IMG/VR virus record: IMGVR_UViG_3300009285_016375
Coordinates: 10,508 to 74,507 of that record
Length of the DNA stretch: 64,000 nt
Reading direction: 5' to 3' (one strand)
Source of the DNA: a virus
This document shows, one piece after another, positions 1 through 7,797 of the stretch. Each line of letters opens with the position of its first letter. Position 1 is the stretch's first letter. Under the pieces are notes generated by a model that made no database searches, was not told the origin of the DNA, and saw only the letters and a program-made list of their open reading frames with translations. Position numbers and translations under genes: made by a program.

Positions 1-124
1 GCAATGCCTCACACCATGCCTGGCGCGCCACGGCAATCGGGGGCTGATGCTCGGCTTCGACGCGCAGAAAGTCATTCCAGAGCTGCGCTTCCTCGGAAAT
101 CAGTTGTGGCAGGGCGGGGTTCAT
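1..124 (-). CDS. Hypothetical protein, runs off the window edge
   Basis: ATG at 124, 11 nt after the YqaJ stop; open frame MNPALPQLISEEAQLWNDF... to position 1. Confidence 0.4.
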   Translation of the reverse strand, partial: MNPALPQLISEEAQLWNDFLRVEAEHQPPIAVARQAWCEAL

Positions 125-134
125 GCGGGTGTTT

Positions 135-815
135 TCACGGCATGAGGTCGATGGGGTTGGGTTCGGGTGGTGCCGGCGGGGCAGCAAAGCGGGCGGGTGG
201 ACCGCCGTTCAGTTCCGTCAACCGTTTCAGGCCCGCGTCCAAGCGCTCCAGGAATGCGTCCAGCGCTGCCCGCAAGACGGCGATCAGCTTCTCATCCCGC
301 TCGATTTCCAGCAACAGGGCCGGGAAACGGCGCCGGTAGGAGAGGAACTGCCAGGCGGCGCGCCCGGTGACCAGCATGGCGCCTTGGACTTGCAGCACGT
401 AAGCGGCGGGCAGTTGGCCGGCCAGGAGGCAGGCGACGTGGGTGTGGGCGGCCGGGCATTTGATCTCGAGGCCGCTCTGGTCGCCGAGCAAGCCGTCCGG
501 CGAACAACCGAGCCGGCCGTCATCGGTGGTGACGAAGCCGACCCGGGTGATGGACGTGCTGCGCTCCAATTCGTAAAACGGGATGGCTTCTTCCTCGAGA
601 ATCTGGCCGAGTTCCATGTCGATGGACTGGTAGCCGGGCAACGGGCCGCCCAGCCAGGCTTCGGCGAGTTTGCGGGCCAGGTAACTCCGGGGCATTTCCC
701 CGGTGCGGAGTTCGCCCTTGGGCGTGACCAGTTGATCGAACTCGCTGGCGGTGGGGATGCCCGCCCGGGCCCGCAGCCATTCCAGGCTGTTCTGTTCGCA
801 AGGGACGATTTTCAT
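135..815 (-). CDS. YqaJ/lambda-exonuclease family recombination nuclease
   Basis: EQNSLEWLRARAGIPTAS N-terminus, GCSPDGLL and LEIKCP PD-(D/E)xK motifs, QVQGAMLVTG. Confidence 0.93.
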   Translation of the reverse strand: MKIVPCEQNSLEWLRARAGIPTASEFDQLVTPKGELRTGEMPRSYLARKLAEAWLGGPLPGYQSIDMELGQILEEEAIPFYELERSTSITRVGFVTTDDGRLGCSPDGLLGDQSGLEIKCPAAHTHVACLLAGQLPAAYVLQVQGAMLVTGRAAWQFLSYRRRFPALLLEIERDEKLIAVLRAALDAFLERLDAGLKRLTELNGGPPARFAAPPAPPEPNPIDLMP

Positions 816-1597
816 TTGCCTTGCTGTTCTTTTTTGCGGAGCTGCGCGTCCAGCACCTCGTATTTGCCGGACATGATCTGCTGGTAATGGGTGCGGGCGG
901 GCAAGCCGTCCACCTGGACGCCGGCAAACCGGAGAAAGCGCACTTCATCCACCCGGTCGTGCAGATCCTGGACGCGCCGGTGCAGTTCCTCGGCCAGGGC
1001 GGCGGAGATGAACTCACCGACGTGGCGCGGGTCATCATCGGCCCGGAGCCGGGTGCGCAGGCCAAAGAAGCGAATGAGCAACTGGCGCTCGGCCGCCGTG
1101 GTGGCGGCGGCGTCGCATTGGGTGGGGCTCATCAAGCTGGTGCCCGGCGAAACGCGGGTGGTATAGCTGCGCGACTCGCTGTGGCCCAGCTCATGGATGA
1201 CGGTGAGCGTGACCGTGACCTGGTTGTTCTCCAGCGCTTGGCCGACGATGGTGGAGAAGCCGTGCTGGAGGAGATGCGGCTCCAGGGCGTCCTTGATCTC
1301 CTGCGGTGAACAGTATTGGAAGGCGAGCTCGCCCGACTTGGTGCGGACCTCGCGGTCGGCGTAGATGGCCGGCATCGTCTTGCGCAGCCTGAAGTGCGCG
1401 CGAAAGAAAGCCGTTTTCGATTCTTCGGCCCGGACCTCGCGACACATGCCGGCGAGCCTCTCGACCACGGCCATGTTTTCCGGGGTGATCCCTTTCTCCA
1501 CCACGGCCCTGAGGATGTCCGCCGGGGAAGGGGCCACGGGTGTAGCCAGGGGCTGCAGGGTGATCGGCGCCAGGTCCAGGGTGGTGGGTTCGCTCAT
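812..1597 (-). CDS. ERF-family single-strand annealing protein
   Basis: QYCSPQEIKDALEPHLLQHGFS, TVIHELGHSES, Q..AAATTAAERQLL...FGL..DDD pattern; ATGA overlap with the exonuclease. Confidence 0.85.
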   Translation of the reverse strand: MSEPTTLDLAPITLQPLATPVAPSPADILRAVVEKGITPENMAVVERLAGMCREVRAEESKTAFFRAHFRLRKTMPAIYADREVRTKSGELAFQYCSPQEIKDALEPHLLQHGFSTIVGQALENNQVTVTLTVIHELGHSESRSYTTRVSPGTSLMSPTQCDAAATTAAERQLLIRFFGLRTRLRADDDPRHVGEFISAALAEELHRRVQDLHDRVDEVRFLRFAGVQVDGLPARTHYQQIMSGKYEVLDAQLRKKEQQGK

Positions 1598-1720
1598 GGG
1601 ATCAAAAAATGGCTGCTCGGCTGGACGACCGGCTATGATACATGCGCCAAGAGATGGCGGCAGAGGAGCCGGCAGTTGTGTGGAAGCCCAAGAAACCGAG
1701 CAGCCATAAAAATCGAGTCC

Positions 1721-2560
1721 TTACGAAGGCCAGCCGTGCAGAGCCGCCAAGCCCGTGGTTGTCTGGATTTCGCTGACCAGTTCGTGCATCGCGCTCTTGA
1801 CCACCAGATCGGGCCGGACCGGCTCGTAACGGAGGGACAACTTGTGCTCGCGGACGGTGTAGCGCAGCCGAACAGTGAGGGCGTAGGGCGGCAGGCCCTC
1901 GAAAGGCGCCACGCCGCAAACCAGTTTGGCGGGAAGCTCCATCTGGCCCTGGCTGATGTTTTCGCCGCCGCGCACGACCACGTCTTCGTCGTAGTGCAGG
2001 CGCACGGCCCCGGTTTGCAGGCGCACCGCGGCACTAAAGCGCGCCTCGGCGTGTCCGTGCAGGGTGTGCACGAGTTCGAGCAACTCCGCTCCGGGCGGAT
2101 CCACGAACAAGGCCGCGTTGTCTTCCAAAAAGAGGGCCAGCTCCACCTGGGTGAGCCAGACGTTGGCTTGGCTGAGGAACAATTGCCAGTCCTTGGTGGG
2201 CTTGGGCCGGAAAGTGGCCCGATGCGCGCAGCGCCCCGGCGCAGCGGCGTGGTAATCGAACACGCACAGCATCCGGGAGGAGTCATCGGCCGGGTGGACA
2301 AACAGATGGGTGGTTTCAGGCCGAAGGTGCCGCTGGACGTAGGCGGCGAAGCTCTGCGTGTGGGTGAACTCCGGCGCGGCTTTGACCCACTGCGGGGGCA
2401 AGAGCGCTTCCAAGCTTTGCAACTGATACCCGGCTGGGACCAGCACGGCGGGCAGGCCGTCCTCACCGGGTTTGATGAGTTCGCTGCCTAACGCTCGGCC
2501 AGCGGCCAGTAACACGTCCACTTCCAGTCGAGGGGGAGCGGAGTCATGGGTGGTTTCCAT
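1721..2560 (-). CDS. DUF2303 (YfdQ-like) phage protein
   Basis: SFAAYV, VFDYH, LTQVELALFLEDN, APFEG...VRLRY motifs. Confidence 0.8.
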   Translation of the reverse strand: METTHDSAPPRLEVDVLLAAGRALGSELIKPGEDGLPAVLVPAGYQLQSLEALLPPQWVKAAPEFTHTQSFAAYVQRHLRPETTHLFVHPADDSSRMLCVFDYHAAAPGRCAHRATFRPKPTKDWQLFLSQANVWLTQVELALFLEDNAALFVDPPGAELLELVHTLHGHAEARFSAAVRLQTGAVRLHYDEDVVVRGGENISQGQMELPAKLVCGVAPFEGLPPYALTVRLRYTVREHKLSLRYEPVRPDLVVKSAMHELVSEIQTTTGLAALHGWPS

Positions 2561-2589
2561 AGGTTTCGAGTTTGGTTCAGGTTTCGAGT

Positions 2590-2991
2590 TTATTGGGAGG
2601 CGGCCTGGCGCAAGACCGCCGTGGCCACCGGCTCAACCTCCACGGTGCGGAGCTCCATTCTCAATTGCTGCGGGTGGTCGCGGGAGAGGTTGTGGTCTGG
2701 GTCCACGAAAAAGACCGAGGGTTCAACGGGCAGTTTGGGGGCCGTGAGGCTCAACTCGTCCTCGATCAGCACCAACAGGGCCTGGCCCTTGTTGGCGGGT
2801 TTCACGAAGAGCTTAAGGGTGAGGCTGCCCGGTTTCCCGGTTTCCTCGCAGGCAGCCAGCAGGGCCCGCAGCTCGGTGGAGAGCTCGTGCGCCAGGTGGC
2901 CGCAGCGATGCTCGCTGAGCAGGCGGGTGAAGCCGTTGTCGATCAAGGGCGGCCGAGCCGCTGGGTCGTCGTTGGGAATGGGTTGTTTCAT
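2590..2991 (-). CDS. Conserved phage protein usually found upstream of DUF2303 (YfdP-like)
   Basis: TGKPGSLTLKL..KP and FFVDPDHNLSRDHPQQ motifs; start moved to MKQPIP. Confidence 0.7.
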   Translation of the reverse strand: MKQPIPNDDPAARPPLIDNGFTRLLSEHRCGHLAHELSTELRALLAACEETGKPGSLTLKLFVKPANKGQALLVLIEDELSLTAPKLPVEPSVFFVDPDHNLSRDHPQQLRMELRTVEVEPVATAVLRQAASQ

Positions 2992-3241
2992 AGGGATGGT
3001 TTTGGATAGGGATGGAGTGCGCCCGAAGCCGGTGCGGCCCAAGGCCATTTTATCGCACCTGCCTTTCCGGCCCGGCATCCGAACCGGCACCGGCTTGGCG
3101 CGGGAAGGAAATAAGGGGATGGCCACCCCCCCGGCCTTGACTCCACCGGGAGCCAGTGGCTTTGCACGGCCTGGCCGGTAGCCGGGGATGAAGCAGTACT
3201 GCCCGCCCGCGGGCGGTGGCCAAATGGTGCGAGGGAATCAT

Positions 3242-3460
3242 TCATAGTGGCAGAATGCGGCTGGTGCCGCAGCGGCAAGTCCAGCGGCGATAGGAATAGA
3301 AAAGCCCGCCCTCAACGGGGTGCGGCACCCAGGGCCGGCCGCACTTGGGGCAAGAGGGGCCCTGCCCCCGGTCCCTCCGGTCAGCGGCTTTCCAAACCGC
3401 GAGCCCGGCGGCGATGATGCTGGCGGCCCACAGCGCAGAGAGGATCAGGATCACGCTCAT
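3242..3460 (-). CDS. Small membrane-anchored Zn-ribbon protein
   Basis: N-terminal hydrophobic helix, CPKC...CRC. Confidence 0.5.
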   Translation of the reverse strand: MSVILILSALWAASIIAAGLAVWKAADRRDRGQGPSCPKCGRPWVPHPVEGGLFYSYRRWTCRCGTSRILPL

Positions 3461-3509
3461 TTCTTCCTTTCCAGGTTCAGCGGCCCGTGGGATGGCGTCT
3501 CAGTGGTAT

Positions 3510-3788
3510 TCATACGGTTGGGCAGCTTGGGGTGTTCAGGCCCGCCCCGTTTCGTTTCTCGGGGTTTCCCTGAGCCGGCCTTGGGCGTTGGCTGCGCCGG
3601 GCATAGGGGCGTGAAGTGTAGAAGCGGGCACGCTCGCTAAGCGACCAGCTTCTGAAGAAGTCTTGAAGCGCCGCAGTCACAATGAGTTCAGAGGTTTTGT
3701 TGGTGCGGATGGCCTCCACTTGGATTTTCTTGCGCAGGGCGCTCGGCACGCGGACGTTTAGTTGGCACTCGTCGTTCACGCGGGCCAT
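3510..3788 (-). CDS. Ribbon-helix-helix (Arc/CopG-like) regulator
   Basis: QLNVRVPSALRKKIQVEAIRTNKTSELIVTAALQDF fits the RHH pattern. Confidence 0.7.
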   Translation of the reverse strand: MARVNDECQLNVRVPSALRKKIQVEAIRTNKTSELIVTAALQDFFRSWSLSERARFYTSRPYARRSQRPRPAQGNPEKRNGAGLNTPSCPTV

Positions 3789-3865
3789 TCTAGCTAGCAC
3801 CACCAGTCTAGCAAGAAAAATGTCTTGCGCCCGCTAGCAACTATGCAAGACTGCCCTTGCTGGAT
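3789..3865. promoter_or_regulatory. Divergent control region with repeated CTAGCA / GCAAGA-TCTTGC operator-like motifs
   Basis: CTAGCA occurs three times, plus a GCAAGA...TCTTGC inverted pair, in 77 bp between two divergent RHH genes. Confidence 0.55.
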
Positions 3866-4129
3866 ATGAAAAAAGCGACTGTGCAACTGAACGTGCGAAC
3901 CTCTCCGGAGGCCCACCAATTCCTGCGGCAAGTGGCCGTGCTGGCGGGGGTGTCGCAGGAAATGATCGTGAACGCCGCCCTCGGGCTGTACTACGAACAA
4001 AAGAGTGCAACCGTAGCTGAGATTCACCACCGCTGCATTGAAGTGGTGAGGCGGCACAACCTGGAAGTGCCGTCTTTTAAGCATCCCCTTGGTTTGGCCC
4101 AAGGGGAAGAACAGTTGGTAGCGGCGTGA
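3866..4129 (+). CDS. Ribbon-helix-helix (Arc/CopG-like) regulator
   Basis: VQLNVRTSPEAHQFLRQVAVLAGVSQEMIVNAALGLY; paralogous to the divergent gene. Confidence 0.7.
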   Translation: MKKATVQLNVRTSPEAHQFLRQVAVLAGVSQEMIVNAALGLYYEQKSATVAEIHHRCIEVVRRHNLEVPSFKHPLGLAQGEEQLVAA

Positions 4130-4242
4130 GTTGAGAGCCACGGCTCAGCCCGCGTTCTGAGAGAGAGGAACGCCGCGAGTCGGGAGAGGGGTGAAATGCG
4201 CGCACAATGTGTGGAACCTTCACCGCCATAGGATCATCCGGG

Positions 4243-4305
4243 TTATTCTCAAGTTATTCACAGGCGGGCCGATTTAACAGCAAATGGGCCGGCTTAACAG
4301 CAAAT
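4243..4305. repeat. Two DnaA-box-like 9-mers followed by a 20-bp tandem repeat
   Basis: TTATTCTCA (4243) and TTATTCACA (4254); GGGCCG(AT/GC)TTAACAGCAAAT twice (4266-4305). Confidence 0.55.
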
Positions 4306-4762
4306 GACGTCAATGGAAGAGTTTGACCAGTCAGCGAAACGAATTGCTGAGGAGCTAACGGCCTTGCGGCGGCGTTGCGAGGCGCGGTTTATCGAAGTGA
4401 AGCTGGTGGCCTGCCAGATGGCCGTGCCCCACGATGGCTTGGGGCAAACCGCCGACGTGCGCCTGGTGCGCTACGCCAACGCCGTGCGCTTGGAGGTGCG
4501 CCGGGCCGGGCATTGGCGGCCTCTGGAGTATTTCCCCGACGAGATTGATGCCCTGGGCGCCGCCGCCGAGAGCCGGGCGCTGCACAGCGCCTGCCTGCCG
4601 GAGTTGCGGGCGCTGGAACCGTTCACGTTCGAGCTGGTCCAGCGCGGCGCTGAGGCCAGCCCGCAGCCGGCCCAACCCTTCCGCCGGGGCACCCGCTGGA
4701 GCGGCGGGCGGTTGGTGCGCTTGCCGGGCGCCAGCCACAAGGCGTGGTTGACGCCACGCTAA
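4304..4762 (+). CDS. Hypothetical protein
   Basis: 152-aa ORF with phage-like codon usage, followed by a hairpin. Confidence 0.6.
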   Translation: MTSMEEFDQSAKRIAEELTALRRRCEARFIEVKLVACQMAVPHDGLGQTADVRLVRYANAVRLEVRRAGHWRPLEYFPDEIDALGAAAESRALHSACLPELRALEPFTFELVQRGAEASPQPAQPFRRGTRWSGGRLVRLPGASHKAWLTPR

Positions 4763-5042
4763 CCAGCGCTGGCCACGGCCAGGGCAACCGAGGGTTAGCG
4801 TGGACACCCAGCAACGAACTGCTGAACGCGGCGACGGTGGAAGGCGGACGGGAAGGGAGGTTAACGCCGGGCGTGATGGCCACCCTTTGACAACGCTTGC
4901 AGTTGCTGGATCAGGGCCCGCAGCTGCATTTGGACACTGGGCCACTGCTTGCCTACGCTGTACATGTCATCGACCAACTGACACACGACAGCCGCAGTGT
5001 ACAGCGCTTGCAATACCTTTTTTGTCTCGGCAGCGGTCACGG

Positions 5043-5348
5043 CTAGGGCTTGGCCGCGCGCACCGCGGCGCCCACCGCCGCCTCGACCAGCGCGGTCAAG
5101 TTGGTGGTGGCGTTGCTTTCCAGGCTCAGGTTGCCGACCGACGCGCCTTGCGTCTTGTCGGTCTGGCTCGCTTTCCAGGTCGCGAGGGTCGCGCGGCTCG
5201 CGAAGAACGAGAGCCCCGAGGCATGCGTGGTAATCGTGCGGAGCGGTTGTCCGTTTTCATAGGAGAGGTCGGTTTGCGTGGTGCCGAAGCGAGCGCAACC
5301 GATCAGAGTTACGCCCGCCAAGGCGATGAGTGTCAGGTTCAGTTTCAT
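5043..5348 (-). CDS. Lipoprotein (possible spanin-like lysis component)
   Basis: MKLNLTLIALAGVTLIG-C lipobox; ATGA overlap with the holin-like gene. Confidence 0.6.
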   Translation of the reverse strand: MKLNLTLIALAGVTLIGCARFGTTQTDLSYENGQPLRTITTHASGLSFFASRATLATWKASQTDKTQGASVGNLSLESNATTNLTALVEAAVGAAVRAAKP

Positions 5349-5686
5349 TTTGGTGTTTCCGGCGGTTTCGGGAATAACTCGTCCGGGAGGAAGCGTTCCA
5401 ATTTGCGCAGCACTTTGTCGTGCGCAAACCAAGCGATAAACCACAAGACGGTCCCGGTCAGTATCTCTCTCACCAGCGGGTAGCGGACCTCTGGGTTGAT
5501 GGCGCTGGGCGGGCACAGCAGGGGATAGGTAGTAGTGGCCACCAGCAAACCGATGGCGGGGATGAACTGGTTCCGCACCCAGGTAGAGAGCTTGCAGGCG
5601 TAGCCGACGACGACGACGGCCAGGATGGTGAGCAGTTCGGGCGAGGCCGAACTGACTTGCGAAATGAGATCGTTGAGCAGGTCCAT
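5345..5686 (-). CDS. Holin-like membrane protein
   Basis: 113 aa, three hydrophobic segments, charged C-terminus. Confidence 0.6.
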   Translation of the reverse strand: MDLLNDLISQVSSASPELLTILAVVVVGYACKLSTWVRNQFIPAIGLLVATTTYPLLCPPSAINPEVRYPLVREILTGTVLWFIAWFAHDKVLRKLERFLPDELFPKPPETPK

Positions 5687-5701
5687 CAGAGGATGTCAAA
5701 A

Positions 5702-6049
5702 CTAAGGTGTTTGGGAAATGGCCGGCGGATAGTTCGGTTTGACAGCCGCGCTCGGCGAGCCCTGCCATTTCACCCAGAGGCCGGCGGCGCCGAAGAGCAG
5801 GGAAAGACAGGTGGCAATGACGGCCGCCTCGCGGCGGATGCCTGTGATTCTCTCTTCGTTGATCTTGCACAGGGTCGTGCCTTGGTCGCGCAGCCCCGCC
5901 AAGTCCTTCTGAATACCGCCTAAAGCCGAGTCGATAGAGTCCAGGCGGCGGTTCAGTTCCGTTGAGTGCGCGGAACAAAACACATCGCGATGGGCGCGCA
6001 GCGCCTCCTGAAAGGCCAGGCTCAGTTCTTCATTGAGCTGGGCGCTCAT
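5702..6049 (-). CDS. Coiled-coil protein with C-terminal transmembrane helix (lysis region)
   Basis: Heptad-like region then AVIATCLSLLFGAAGLW; ATGA overlap with the upstream gene. Confidence 0.55.
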   Translation of the reverse strand: MSAQLNEELSLAFQEALRAHRDVFCSAHSTELNRRLDSIDSALGGIQKDLAGLRDQGTTLCKINEERITGIRREAAVIATCLSLLFGAAGLWVKWQGSPSAAVKPNYPPAISQTP

Positions 6050-7374
6050 TGGTTGGTCCACCGAATCAGATCCCCTGGCAGGGTGCGGTTGCCCGACGCG
6101 TCCACCGCGCCGGCCCCGTATGAGTGCATGCGCTGGCCCCAGGGGCCGTCCAGCGCGAGCCAGTTGTCTCGGGCCTGGATGTGCGCGACGTTGTGCACCT
6201 CAAATACAAAGCCGGTCGCCGCCGAAGTGTTGGTGGGCGGCTGTGACCACCCGACAAAGTTCCTGGTGAATTCCAGGTGCTGCACGGGCTCCCGCGCCCA
6301 CAGGTAAACGCCATGCGGGGGATAGCGCCCCGGCCCGCGTGGCGCCAGCAAAAACACGTTGTCCTCGAGCACGGCGCGGCCCAGGGTAGCCTGGTGTGAG
6401 TGGGCCGAGCCTCCGAGCACCCACTGCACGGCATTGGCCGCGTTCACGAACCGATTCCGGCGCAGGGACACGGACTCGGTGCGCCAGGAATCCACATAGA
6501 ACCCGAAATCGCAGTTGATGGAAACACAGTCTTCGACGGCCGCGTCTTTGCAACCGAGGGCCGCGAAGGCTTTGGTGGGCGGGTACGTCGAGCCATCGAC
6601 CCGGCAGCGAGCGATGACAGCGTCGGTGGCCTGGCGCATGAGGCCATACGACCAGCTCGCGCCCACGAGGATAGCGCAGATGCCCGCCCGGTCGTCCGTG
6701 CGCGGGTCGCACTGTTCGACGACACAATCCTCGATGCGCAGCCCGGTGACATTGGAGCGGGTAATCGGGCAGCCGGCCACCAGCAAAAACGCTTCGGCGT
6801 TGGTCCGGGTGCCGCCATGGATGACGCGGACGCGGCGAATCGCGGCGTAGTCGCCCGACACGGCCACCGCGCAGGTGGAGACCGGGCGCGCCTCTGGACT
6901 AACGGCCAGGTCCACAGTCAAATCCGAGACGATGACAGAGTCGCCCGGGAGGTCTGTCAGCGTGGCCACGGCGATTCGGCCCGGGGCCGGATTGGGTTGG
7001 GGGCGGGCTTCCGGCGTGAGGGCTAAAACGGTTCGGTCCATGCCCTGCCCGATCAAACGCGCCCCTTTGGGCAAATGCCACTCGAGGGGGTGGCGCCACC
7101 ATGATTCGCGGTGCCCCCCGCCATACGTGATGAAGGTGGTGGTGCCCACGGCGTTGGTGCCCAGGTAAATGGTCGTGTGTTCCCGCAGCCGCTTCAGCAG
7201 CAAGGCGTCCAACTCGTCCGCAGACGACACCAGAAACGGATCCGCTTTGTAGCCGCCGCCTGTCTTGTGCGTGGCGTTGGTGACCCAATGCACGTAGTGG
7301 GTGTTGCGCGGGGCCGGCAGGGGGCCCTTGGGGGCCGCCGCGGTCAAGGCGAGCAAGGCAAAAAGTAAACTCAT
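6046..7374 (-). CDS. Secreted right-handed beta-helix (pectate-lyase-like) protein, possible depolymerase
   Basis: Signal peptide; RLIGQGMDRTVL, VIVSDLTVD, LRIEDCVVE, VSLRRNRF beta-helix repeats. Confidence 0.7.
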   Translation of the reverse strand: MSLLFALLALTAAAPKGPLPAPRNTHYVHWVTNATHKTGGGYKADPFLVSSADELDALLLKRLREHTTIYLGTNAVGTTTFITYGGGHRESWWRHPLEWHLPKGARLIGQGMDRTVLALTPEARPQPNPAPGRIAVATLTDLPGDSVIVSDLTVDLAVSPEARPVSTCAVAVSGDYAAIRRVRVIHGGTRTNAEAFLLVAGCPITRSNVTGLRIEDCVVEQCDPRTDDRAGICAILVGASWSYGLMRQATDAVIARCRVDGSTYPPTKAFAALGCKDAAVEDCVSINCDFGFYVDSWRTESVSLRRNRFVNAANAVQWVLGGSAHSHQATLGRAVLEDNVFLLAPRGPGRYPPHGVYLWAREPVQHLEFTRNFVGWSQPPTNTSAATGFVFEVHNVAHIQARDNWLALDGPWGQRMHSYGAGAVDASGNRTLPGDLIRWTNQ

Positions 7375-7401
7375 GGGTAATGGGATGAGGAGTAGGGCAT
7401 A

Positions 7402-7797
7402 TCACTGCGTCTGCCGATAGATGCGGGCGCGCTGGGCCGCGTCCGCCTGAAGGTAGCGGCGTCGCACTTCCTCGGCCAGATAGCGCTCGGATTTCTCGGC
7501 ATAACCCGCCAGCGCGGCCTCGGCGATGCTCTCGACGTAATCGCGGAACGTCTGTGCCGAGACAGGGGGGCTGGCGTTGGTGCGCGAGATGTTGCGGGCC
7601 TCCCAGGCGCTGCGCAGCCGCTGGAAGTTGACCAACTCAGTGGTCAGCGTCAGTGGCAACGTGGCCGTGATATTGGTCGTGTAATTGGTGGACCCAAAGC
7701 CGTTGGTGCTCACGATGGCCGTGACGTTGGTTTGCCAAGAGATCTGAGCCAAACAGGCCAGGGGCGCGAATAGAATCAGGACAAGGTATTTTTTCAT
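7402..7797 (-). CDS. Hypothetical protein with signal peptide
   Basis: MKKYLVLILFAPLACLA-Q; Thr/Asn-rich. Confidence 0.65.
   Translation of the reverse strand: MKKYLVLILFAPLACLAQISWQTNVTAIVSTNGFGSTNYTTNITATLPLTLTTELVNFQRLRSAWEARNISRTNASPPVSAQTFRDYVESIAEAALAGYAEKSERYLAEEVRRRYLQADAAQRARIYRQTQ

Noticed and set aside
4757-4800. attC site (CGCTAAC...GTTAGCG)
   Set aside because: Only 44 bp, no clear L boxes and isolated from the array; kept only as a hairpin
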